The position numbers were made by a program, and so were the translations under genes. From the human T2T-CHM13v2.0 reference genome, Homo sapiens, in assembly GCF_009914755.1 (NCBI RefSeq), contig NC_060935.1: 64,000 nt of DNA; one strand, written 5' to 3'. Positions 14,948 through 26,659 of this stretch are shown here, piece after piece (the stretch's first letter is position 1; every line of letters starts with the position of its first letter). The notes beneath the pieces were generated by a model. That model saw only the letters and a program-made list of their open reading frames with translations. It did not search any database and had not been told where the DNA came from.

Positions 14948-16092
14948 CTCAGGTAGTTGAGATAGGGCGGGTAGACCTGCGGCAGGCCCTCCTTGAGCAC
15001 GGCGGCCTGGTAGCCGAGCTGCGGGAGCCCGTTGAGGCCGAGTGCAGGGTAGAGCGCGGGGGCCGCCCCGGCGGCGGCGGCAGAGGCGGAGGTGGAGGGC
15101 AGGCCGTCCCGCGGGAGCAGGCAGCCGCTCGCGCCCGGCGCCTTGCAGGGCGGCGGCGCGAACGGGCCCTGCTGGGGCGGCGCGCCCTCCGCTTTGTACA
15201 GGATGCACTCCAGGGTCGACCCCGAGGAGGACGCAGACGAGACTGAGGCACTGGCGGGTGCGGCCGTCACCGCCGCTTCCCCGGGTCTGGATGGGGTCGC
15301 TCGCGGCGGCAGCGGGGGCGGTGGCCCCAACGGGAAATCCGGGAAGGCTGCGGGGTTGGCACCGGCCACAAGGTAGGAACGCGGGGAGCGCGCGGAGGCC
15401 TCCGCACCTTCCTCCTCCTCCTTTATCTTTAGAGCGGGCGGCTGGAAGTCGCTATAGAGAGGGTACGCGTCGTCCTTGGGCTCGGCGTCGGGCGGGTACG
15501 CGCAGTCGGGGAAGTCGCCTACAGCGACCGGGGTGGACGAGGCACAGGGTGAACTCCGCGGCGGGGCAAAGGCGCTGGCAGCCCCGGCCCCGCCGTCGTA
15601 ACTTTCGTCTTCCAGCAGCTGCCGAGTGCGGGCTGCCAATAAGGCGTGATTGAGAGGCAGGATAGGCACGTGGATGAAATCCATCACCGTGGTGGCCAGC
15701 GGGGAGCGCCCGGGCGCCATCGGCGCGTCCTGCTCCACCAGGGCGACCCTGGGCGCTGAGAAGCGGGAATCTTCCTTGGGGACCAGGGCGACGCCTCCTG
15801 CTGCCGCCCCCGGCGGGACAGCCGCGGCTCCTCCTCCAGCCGCCGCGCCACCCAGAGCCCGAGGTTTGCCCTTCAGAAGCGGACCCGCAGACTCCTCGGA
15901 CTCAGAGCCATCCTCCTCCTCAACCTCCACCGCAGCGGCCTGCGGAGACGGCTTCACTGGGGCCCCGGACCAGTGAGGGCTCTCAGAGGCCGGGAGCAGC
16001 AGCTGCCGGGCTGGTGACAGGCCCCGGGGCAGCACTTTATGGGCAGCTGCCGTCCCGGAGCTGTCTCCAACCTTGCACCCGGACCGGCTCAT
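14948..16092 (-). CDS. PGR: PR-A isoform coding part of exon 1 (starts at in-frame Met165)
   Basis: In-frame ATG at 16092 (LSPL-M-SRSG), exactly 164 codons downstream of the PR-B ATG; this is the established PR-A start. Confidence 0.95.
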
Positions 16093-16584
16093 GAGCGGGG
16101 ACAACACCCGCTGGGTGGCGGGGGCAGCCGGTGGATCTTCGGGAAGTTCGGGGCCAAACAGGCACCAAGAGCTGGTGACCTCGCAGGCGGGAGGGCTGGG
16201 TTGGCTCTGCCCGGGACCTGAGGGCGCCAACAGAGTGTCCAAGACACTGTCCAGCAGTCCGCTGTCCTTTTCTGGGGGACTAGAACTGCTGCCTCCAGCA
16301 CCCCTTGTAGCTTCAGCTCTGGAATATGCGCCCTCCACGTCCGACAGCGACTGCTGGTCCTGCGTCTTTTCGTCGGAGGGGTCCTGTCCCTGGCAGGGCC
16401 GAGGGAAGAGTAGCCCGTCCAGGGAGATAGGTATGGCCGAAACTTCAGGCAAGGTGTCCGAGGTCTGGCTCCCCGGGAACGGACCTGCGGCTGGGCGACA
16501 CAGCAGTGGGGATCCGACCTCGGGGGAGGGCGGGCCGCCCGCCACGTGGGGAGCCCGGGGACCCTTTGCCTTCAGCTCAGTCAT
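14948..16584 (-). CDS. PGR: Progesterone receptor exon 1 coding part (PR-B N-terminal domain, codons 1-546)
   Basis: [20 protein letters not shown]...YPPYLNYLR is the PR-B N-terminus. It has LxxLL motifs (LDGLL, LDTLL), S294 (15705-15703), S344/S345 and the SUMO motif IKEE (K388, 15423-15421). It ends at donor CTGAG|GTGAGG, 1637 coding nt, phase 2. Confidence 0.99.
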
Positions 16585-16733
16585 GACGACTGGACTCCCC
16601 TTTTCTCCTCCCCCGTCTCCAGGGAGGAGGGAAAAGGGAAGGAGGAGGGGGTTTCGGGAATATAGGGGCAGAGGGAGGAGAAAGTGGGTGTTGAATGTGG
16701 CTGGACCGGAGGGATCTCCACCTCCTGGGTCGG

Positions 16734-16758
16734 GGGCGGGGGAGGGCGGCGCTGGTCA
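16734..16758 (-). promoter_or_regulatory. PGR: +571 half-ERE/Sp1 composite element of the PR-A promoter
   Basis: TGACC starts at 16758 (=+571); GGGCGG boxes at 16744-16749 and 16734-16739 (=+580, +590). Confidence 0.85.
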
Positions 16759-16779
16759 GCTCCTGCCCTTGGCCTCCAT
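16756..16779 (-). other. uORF MEAKGRS*, strong Kozak context, in frame with PR-B
   Basis: AGG-ATG-G context; 195 nt (65 codons) upstream of the PR-B ATG; stop TGA-C. Confidence 0.65.
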
Positions 16780-16980
16780 CCTGTCGTCAGGGGAACTGTG
16801 GCTGTCGTTTGTCCCAGCGAGCGGCAAGTGGGGAGCGCAAGAAAAAGTAGTAATTGTTAGGAGATCTCGTCTCCTAACTCGGGGAGTTCTCCAAGAGAGT
16901 TCTCCAACTTCTGTCCGAGGACTGGAGACGCAGAGTACTCACAAGTCCGGCACTTGAGTGGCTGCGGCTGCGACGGCAAT

Positions 16981-17038
16981 TTAGTGACACGCGGCTCCTT
17001 TATCTCCCGACTTTTTCTCTGGCATCAAACTCGTGCAT
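16981..17038 (-). other. Two overlapping uORFs: MHEFDAREKVGR* (17038-17000) and MPEKKSGDKGAACH* (17025-16981)
   Basis: Read manually from the minus strand; translation not demonstrated. Confidence 0.5.
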
Positions 17039-17096
17039 GCTGTGAAGCTCTCAGTCCCTCGCTGAGTTCCACTGCCCCCTCACTAAAACCCTGGGG

Positions 17097-17264
17097 CTAG
17101 TCGGACCTCTCGGTACAGCCCATTCCCAGGAAGGGTCGGACTTCTGCTGGCTCCGTACTGCGGGCGACAGTCATCTCCGAAGATCTCAGATCCCAGTAGT
17201 GCGGGAGCACTAGCCGCCTCGGGTTGTAGATTTCACTCAAATGACAAGTGAAGCTAGTTCTCAT
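17097..17264 (-). other. uORF1 in PR-B leader, 55 aa (MRTSFTCHL...GCTERSD), in-frame ATGs at 17264, 17174, 17123
   Basis: ATG-initiated part of ORF 17097..17297; translation not demonstrated. Confidence 0.55.
17233..17239 (-). promoter_or_regulatory. PGR: +90 AP-1-like site (TGAGTGA)
   Basis: Motif begins at exactly +90 relative to 17328, matching the recalled estrogen-responsive AP-1 site. Confidence 0.65.
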
Positions 17265-17328
17265 TGAGAATGCCACCCACACGCGCAAATACAACAAGGC
17301 TTACCCCGATTAGTGACAGCTGTGGACT

Positions 17329-17400
17329 GGCCAGACAGCTTTCTAACAACGCCTCCTCCTCTAGGGAGGCCCCGCCCAAAGCCCCTCCCTACCCCAATTA
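17329..17400 (-). promoter_or_regulatory. PGR: TATA-less PR-B proximal promoter: Sp1/GC boxes (about -49, -61) and inverted CCAAT box (about -70)
   Basis: cccgccc 17371-17377, cccctccc 17382-17389, ccaat 17394-17398. Confidence 0.8.
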
Positions 17401-18239
17401 CCGGTAGGATCTGAAACTCTGGAGTTGGCATTTCCACCCGTTATTCTGAATGCTACTCTCAATAGCAGGTTCTTTGGGATGGAACCTCATAAGCATATTA
17501 CGTTTTGTTTTGCAAATTAAGAATTATGCCCTATCTAATTGGAAAAATGAATAGATTCTATCAGAAGTAGAATTTTTGTCACCATTTTAAGATTTCAGTT
17601 TTGTAAAGATTTAACACAGAGGAAGACATTTGGCTACATTATCTTTTAAAATAATAAATGTATCAAGGACGATACTAAATAAGAGATTCTCTCCCTTATG
17701 AGTTCCATAAAAGTGAATGCTTTCAAGTTTCTCCTGCTGCGACCAACATGTCCTGCTCCTCTTGAGTATCCTCAGCGTGACAAAGAAATTTGGGAGTGGG
17801 AGATGGTAACACCTCTGTATCTATGATGGAAGTTTGGATGTTGTGTGCCACACTTCGATTTGTCTTAAGGAATGTGTTCCAATTTTTAGTAAATAGCACT
17901 TTAAGGAAAGTTTCCTTTAGCTCCAGCTTATACAGTGTGCTACATCATAACATCCTCAGTAGAGATGTTGAACAGTACTTTTTACCCTAAATATTCTTAG
18001 TCTGAAAAGTAATTATCTTTGAGCTTATAAAATGGATCCCCGCTAAATTCATGAAGTCAGTAGAAAAAGGGAAGAATATTGCAATATATATTTTAGATAC
18101 ACAGTCATAAACTGTATTTGACCCAAGACCATTGGGTATTTTAACATCATCTTAAATATACCTTGTTCAAAACAGAGTGAATGATTTGCAAATTTTCTTG
18201 TAGGACCTCAAGGTCTAGCTGTGCTAATGACTCATAGTT

Positions 18240-18421
18240 TATCTCAACCATGTATAAAGAATGCAGAAGACTCCAGAAGGTGGGGGAGCCACTAGAGGTA
18301 AGGAGCCTGGACCCCTCGATCATCTGGGGAGGGGCTATATGAGTGAGAAACAAACCTTTATCATGTTAGGTTACTAGGATTTGGAGTTGGTTGTTCTAGT
18401 AAATAGTTTACTCTGATTAAT
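18240..18421 (+). mobile_element. Old MLT1 (H/I/J-like) LTR 3' part
   Basis: ...aaggagcctggacccct...gtgagaaacaaaccttt...ctctgattaat resembles an MLT1 3' end. Confidence 0.55.
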
Positions 18422-18664
18422 TTTAGATATGTGGAAGTTAGGCAGATAGAGGAAAGGTAAAGAGAATTCTGGGAAGCAGGTATAGAATGTTCACCGGGCA
18501 TCAAATGGCAGGATATAATATGGCAACTGCAAGGGGACCATTATGAATAGAACAGGAGCAAGTGTGGGCACAGAAGTATATGAGACTAGAGAAGTAAACT
18601 AATTTATTAATATCATTATTGTTGTTTTCAGGCTTTCTCTTTCCAGCCTATCTTAAAACAGTTA

Positions 18665-19345
18665 CCATGCTTTATTGAGGTGTAATTCCAGTATCATACA
18701 GCTCACTCAAAGTATCAGTTCATTGATTTTTCATGTACTCAGAGTTGTGCAACCATCAGCACTATTAATTTTGTAACATGAGTATGACTCTAAAATCTCA
18801 ATACCCACTAGCAGTTATTCCACATTTCCGCCTAAATCTCCCAGCAGCCACTAATATGCTTTTTGTACCTGTGATTTGGCTATTTTGGATCAAGGTTCAT
18901 CCATGTTCCACATGAATCAGTACTTCACTCCTTCACTCCTTTTTATTGACAAATAATATTTCATTGTATGGATAAACCACATTTTATTTATCCATCTCTA
19001 TCAGTTGTTGGACATTTGGGTTGTTTACACCTTTTGGCTACCATGAAAAATCCTGCTAATGAACATTCATGTACAAGTTTTTGTGCAGCGTATATTTTCC
19101 TTTCTCCTGGATATATGCATAGGAGTGGAATTGCTGGTTCATATGGCAACTCTAGGTGTGGTCTTTGGAGTAACTGCCAGACTATGGTTCAAATGATTGT
19201 ACTTCTTACATTTCCACCAGCAGTGAATAAGGGTCCTAGTTTCTTCACATCTTTGACAACATTTTTTATCTGTCTTTTTTGTTATAGCCCCCCAAGTGTG
19301 TGAAGTGGTATCTCACTGATTTATTTATATTTTCCTGATGGCTAA
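18665..19345 (-). mobile_element. L1MB-like 3' fragment
   Basis: tttattgaggtgtaatt...gttgttggacatttgggttg...gaagtggtatctca. Confidence 0.75.
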
Positions 19346-21649
19346 TGCCACACAGTGTATAGAATTTGTAAAATCAGGACAGCATTGCCAGGTAGTCTTG
19401 TAAGCCTTTTACCTGTGTTAACTGTAATCCTTCAACAGTCTCACAAAATAGGTACTGTTATCCCAATTTCATAGTTGGGAAAACTGAGGCACAAGGTTAC
19501 CCAGTATTATAAAGTTAAGTACTGTAACCCAAACCCAAGACATCAAATGACAGCCTTCTTAGGAGTGTGATTTTAAATGTCAGATGCCATATAATTTGAT
19601 TTTCCGGTCGCTGCTGTAAAATTGGCACTTGGCCTCATTTTAAATCTGACAAACTATATTTGGCTTGATTTTGGTTGGTTATAATAATTCCCTTGTCAGA
19701 ATGTCTGGGGAGGTTGTTTCCAAAAGATTGAAAATCTTGAAGTGGGAAAACAACAATAAAGATGTCCAGCATGTCCTAAATCACCATTATTCCATAAATT
19801 TTGATGCTGGGTGATTAGCATTTTTGGCACAGGAACTTCCCAAATGTATGAATCTTTGAATGAACAAAATTCACTGATTAAATTCAGGTGTGATGGGGCT
19901 AACTTCAAATATTCCTGAAGACTGTTTTTGGAGAAGAGGATTTAAATGTGGAAGTATTTTTTCTATAGTTTGGGGAAAAAAAACCACTTTATCAAGATAT
20001 AGTTGTCATATAATAAGCTGCATATATTTAAATTGTATAATTTGTTGTTAGACCTGTGAAACTAAAATGATAAACATACCCTTTGCCTCCAAAAGTTTCC
20101 TCATGCCATTTTTTAAATCCCTTCATACTGTTCTGTCCCATCCCCTTCCCCTAGTACTAATCACCACTTTCTGGCAAGCCACTAATCTGCTTTCTGTCAC
20201 CAAATATTAGGTTTTTAAAAATATTTATATCTGATTTATTAAACATTAAATTATACATTTGCATATGCCTTTTAGGTCTGTTTGCTTTAGATGTTTTATT
20301 AATAGATTTTACTTTTGGGAAACGATTTTGGATTTACAGAAAAATTGAGCAGATAATATAGAGAATGCTCATATATCATTTGTACAATTTTCTCTGTTAG
20401 CATTTTAAATTAATAGGGTACATTTGTTACAATTAATGAACTAATACTGATAAATTGTTATTAACTAATATTCATAGTTTATTTAGATTTTCTTCATTTT
20501 CACTTAATGTCCTTTTTCCTTTCCAGGATTCCATCCAGGACACCACATTTAATTGTTATGATGTCTTGTGCTCCTCTTGGCTGTGAGAGTTTCTCAGATT
20601 TTCCTTGTATTTGATGACCTTGACAGTCCTTAGGAGTACTGGTGAGGTATATTGCAAGATGCCCTTCTATTGGGATTTGATGTATCCTCATGAGTAGACT
20701 AGGGTTTTGGGTTTTGGCGGGGTGGAAATCAAAGAGGTAATGTACTGTATTTATTACATCATATGAAGGGTACATATTGTCAACATGACTTATGACTGTT
20801 AATGTTGTTCTCCATCACCTGGCTGAAGTAGTGTTTGTCAGGTTTCTCCATTGCATAGTTACTCTTTTTTCCCTCTTTGCATACTCTGTACTCTTTGGAA
20901 GGAAATCATTATGAGTCACTTAAGGAAGTGTGGGGGAGTAGGGAGTTATGCTAGCCCTCCTTTGGAGTGGAGTATCTACATAATTTATTTGGAATTCTGT
21001 GAGGAAGATTTGCTTCTTCTCCCCCATTTACTTCTTTATTCAGTCTTTTCTTTGTATGGATTCATGAATACTTTGTTGCTCAAATTTTTCCAGTTTTTGG
21101 CACTGGGGGCTTTTTCAGTTGACTCTTGTGCTCCTTGACCCACTCTCTGTATTGTGTGTATGTGTGTGTATGTGTGGACTTTCCTACTTTCTGGTATTAC
21201 AAGATGCTACAGACTCATCAGACTCATCTTGTATATTTCCTGCCCCAGTCGTAGAATCAGCCATTTATCCAAGGAAGTTTGAGACTTTTTATTTGAAACT
21301 GGTATAGAAATGAAGATCTGGGTGCCAAATAAATTAGGTTTTATTTCTTAGAATTGTATATAATATAGTGTATCTTTTTTTCATTTGGTTTCTCTCACTC
21401 AGCATAATTATTTTGAGATTCAGCTAAATTATAGTATGTATCAATAGTTAATTCTTTTTATTCTTTTTATTTATATACTATAGTTTGTTTATCCATTTAA
21501 CTGTGGATAAATATCTGAGTTGTTTCCAATTTTTTTGGTATTATAAATAGAGCTACTATGAAAATGTTGTACAAGTCTTTGTATGAACATGTGTTTTCAT
21601 TTTTTCTGGGTAAATACCTAGCAGTGAAATGGCTGGATAAATTAGTAGG

Positions 21650-21960
21650 TGCTGTGATATGAGTGTTTGTGTTCTCCCCAAATCTGTGTGTCAAAACCCA
21701 ATCACCAATGTGATAGTCTTAGTAGGAGGAGGTGTTGGGGAGTGATTAGGTCATGGAGCACTGCCCTGCCCCTTCTACCATGTGAGTACACAATAAGAAG
21801 TTGCCATCTAGGAGCTACAAAGCAGGTCTTCACCAGACATTGAATCTGTCACCTTTATTGTGGACTCCCAGCCTCCTGAACTGTGAGAAATAAGTTTCTG
21901 CTGTTTATAAGCTACCTAGTTCATGGTATTTTGTTATAGCAGCCCAAATGGACCAAGACA
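21650..21960 (+). mobile_element. MLT1A-type solo LTR (internally deleted)
   Basis: TG...CA termini: tgctgtgatatgagtgtttgtg ... gcagcccaaatggaccaagaca. Confidence 0.8.
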
Positions 21961-23509
21961 ATACATGTACATTTAACCGTCAAACAATTTTCCAAAGTGA
22001 TTGTATCATTTTACATTTCCACCCAGTATATTAGAGTTCTAATTCTTCCAAAAGCTGGACAACAACTGATATAGTCAGCATTTTTAATTTTACCAATTCT
22101 AACAAGTAGATAGTGGTATCTCATTATGGTTTCAATGTGCATTTCATTAATGACTAATGATGTTGATCATGTTTTCATGTGCTTATTTGTGATATTTATA
22201 TATTCCTCTTCTGTGTGTCTGTGTCTGTTCAAATCTTTTGTTTGCTTTTTTTTAAAAAATTGAATTGTTTTGTTATTGTTGAATTTTCAGAGTTCTTTAT
22301 GAATTCTGTTAGAAGTCCATTGTCATATATGGGATTTGAAAGTAGTTTTTTCTAGCCTGTGGCTTGTCTTTAAGTTCTCTTAACAGGATCTTTTGAAGAG
22401 CAGATGTTTTTAATATTGATAAAGCCTCTTTATTTACATTTTTATGAATTATGCTTTTGGTGTCATAACTGAATATTCCTTGCTAAACCCAAGGTCATAA
22501 ATGTTTTCTGTCATGTTTTCTTTTGGCTTTATAGTTTTAGGTTTTACATTTATATCTGTGATACATTTTAAAGTTACTTTTTAATATGGTATAAGGTCTA
22601 GATCAAAATTCACTTTTTTGCATGTGGATATCCAGTTGTTTCAGCGCCATTTGCTGAAAAGAATACCCCTTCACTAATTGCCTTTGCACCTTTGTTGAGA
22701 ATTAGTTATTCAAATATGTGGAGATCTGTTTCTGTACCCTCCATTCCATTTAACTGTATTATTGGACAGTTTTTATGTCAATACATTTTCTTGATTGATG
22801 TAGCTGTAATTTTTTAAGCTGTTATTTTTTAAATCCCTCTGTATAAATGATAGCATTCTTCCTCTAACCTTCCAGCCCTGGGGGTGAGGAGGGGCAGCCC
22901 ACAGCTGTTTGAGGGAAGAGACAGGATCGAAGGTGTGCTCTGAAGCTACAGATTGCATGAGAGGCAACCCATAAAGTTTCTAAGCAGAGTGGTAACAGTG
23001 GCCCCCCACTTCTGTTTCTGAACTACAGCTCTCAGCGTGTTGGTGACTTTGAACCCCCTCCCCAGAAATGGAAATGCCAAAATGGAAGAGCCCTCAGCCA
23101 CCTAGCTCCCTTCCCAGTAGGACAGAGTTAAAGGCTAGACCATCTTCCCTCCTGGGTGGAGCCCCCCTTCCCCCCACGGATACTTAATGTACTAGTGCTC
23201 CAACTTTATTCTTCTTTTTCAAAATTGTTTTGTCTAGGTCATTTGCATTTTCATGTAAATGTTAGAAACAGTTTGTTAATATCTGCAAAAAAAACCCTTC
23301 TGCAATGTTGATTAGGATTGAGCTGAAATTATAGATGAATTTGGAGAGAACTGGCTTCTCACTAAAATTAAGTCTTCCAACCCATACAGGTAATATATCT
23401 CTCCTTCTCTCAGCAATGTTTTCAAGCTTTCGGTGTACAGGTCTTTCACATCTTTTGTCAGATTTCTCTCCAATTATTTCATATTTTTGCTGGTATTTTG
23501 GATGATGTA

Positions 23510-24378
<869 letters not shown>

Positions 24379-24897
24379 CTGAATTTCTATATTGTGCATT
24401 CTTAGTGTTTACACAATTGATCTTTAGCTGGAGTAATGAGGTTGGGAATCCTTGCCAGTTTTTTGATTTTAGGAAGAAACCATTCAGTCTTTTAACATTA
24501 AACATGATGTTTGCTGCAGGTTTTTCATAGATACCCCTTCTCAGGTTGAAGAAATTCCCTTCTATTCTGAGTTTGCTGAAAATTTTATTAAGGGTAAATG
24601 TAGGTTTTTGCCGAATGTTATTTCAGCATCCATTGAGATAATCATACAGTTTTTCTTTTTTAATTGGTTAATATGGTGAATGACAGTACTTGAGCTTTGA
24701 ATGTTAAATGAACCTTGTATTCTTTGGCTAAATCCCACTTCATCATAATGTATTACTTTCATATATTGCATTTTGATTTGTTAAAAGCTTGTTTAGAAGT
24801 TTAAAATTTCTACTCATTAGGAACACTGGCCTGTTGGTTTCGTTTCTTGTAATGACTTTATCTGATTTTGGTATCATGAATTCCACTGTATACATAG

Positions 24898-25234
<337 letters not shown>

Positions 25235-26112
25235 TAAAATAAAAGAATACAATGATAGGTATAGTTTTCACAGATAAATGTATTTCGGCACAAGCTGCTT
25301 TTTGGTGTTGGCTCTCCACTATGACAGTGAGCATAGCATGCAAAGAAAGTCCTGAAGCTTCCTTAAACTTGAAAAGATGATTCAGTTTTGTCACGTTTAC
25401 TTTTCAGTTTTTATAGAGAACTAAGGAATCATTAATTCATTTTTACAAACACCTGCCTATACTATGTCATTAAACAGCTTGCTTTGTATGTTATTTTCCA
25501 AGTTGTACTGCAGTTTCTGCACTGTCATATATAATGTTCATAAAACTTCACGACATATGTATTATTATCTCCATTTTGCAGATGAGGAAATTGAAGCTTG
25601 CTGTCTTAGAGATAGTTGTTAGGAGAGCCAGAACTCACTACTAGGGCTTCTGATATCAAATCTAGTGTGATTTTTATTTTAAATATTGTGTTTCTTTATT
25701 TTTTACAGTACCAAGTGTTGGATAGTTGACAAGGTTCTTGAAATAATGTAGAAACATTTAGTTGCTCTGAGGACCCAGAAATACAAACACATTCAGTAGG
25801 GCATATTGGGCCACCCAGACCTATGACTTGGTTAGTTGGAAATTTTTATTGTCTATACAAGTTTGAGAAATAGGATTTGATATCTGTGGTTCTAGCTTGA
25901 GGCATTTCTTCTATATTTACATAGGGCTAATTGCAGGTGTAACTTGGGACTTGATGGATACTACAAGAGAAGGAGTATACAAAGGTCACTTCTCTGACCT
26001 TCCTGGTGCTCCCTCGGTTTCTGAATTCACTGCCCCAGTACAACCACTGGGTTACTAAGGCCCTTCCACAGATGTACTGAATAACCTGCAAAGTATACCT
26101 GATTTTTATACC

Positions 26113-26659
26113 CATGTCAGATAGTATATATTTTGCCTGAAGTAACAGGATACTCAACAAAAAGTGAGTTATATAATAGATGTTTATTATCCCTCATAAC
26201 AAGAAGTCTGGAGGAAAGTAGTTGTAGGGTTGGTTAATCATTGGCTCAGTAATAGTCTCACAGTCCCAGACTCCCTGCCTTTTCAGTGAGCTAACCTCAG
26301 CATCCAAAGATGGCTACTAAAGCTGCAGGCATCAGAGCCTCACATAACCTCATACAGAATTAGGAATAAGGAAAATTTCTCTTGGCATTATTTTTTCAAA
26401 TCAGGGGGAAAAATTCTTACCCAGAAGCCCACTCCATAGACATCCTATCAAAACATATTGGCTAGAACTGAGTCATCTGTCCACCACTAAACAAGTTACT
26501 CAAACAAGAATTTGATTAGACTAACCATGGTTCATCTCCTGCAGCTGTGTCCACTGCTCTGCGTCCTTTGCTATCAATATGTGAACACAACTGGGGTTTA
26601 GTTAGAAAGAAGTAAGAGTAGGGAGATGGCTGTTGGGAATTCAACAAATAGTGTCTGAC
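26113..26659 (-). mobile_element. Old MLT1K/L-like LTR
   Basis: aagtaacaggatactcaac...cataacaagaagtctggagg...aacaaatagtgtctgaca. Confidence 0.6.

Larger units (their letters stand above)
14780..17230. promoter_or_regulatory. CpG island over PGR exon 1 and promoters
   Basis: Abrupt switch from AT-rich, CpG-poor sequence to very GC- and CpG-rich sequence; boundaries approximate. Confidence 0.9.
16585..17328 (-). other. PGR: PR-B 5' UTR (~744 nt), TSS ~17328
   Basis: Minus strand reads AGTCCACAGCTGTCACTAATCGGGG from 17328, matching the recalled PR-B mRNA start. With +1=17328, the published elements (+90 AP-1, +331, +571 half-ERE) land exactly on the expected motifs. Confidence 0.85.

Noticed and set aside
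14418-16301. Multiple overlapping 60-203 aa ORFs across exon 1/intron 1
   Set aside because: Expected stop-poor shadow frames of a very GC-rich exon; low-complexity Arg/Pro/Gly/Ala content and several non-ATG starts.
16756-16779. Resemblance of uORF MEAKGRS to PR-B start [10 protein letters not shown] as an ancient duplication
   Set aside because: Match is too short to distinguish from chance.
18228-18234. Perfect AP-1 site TGACTCA at about -900
   Set aside because: A single 7-mer is expected several times per 64 kb; no supporting context.
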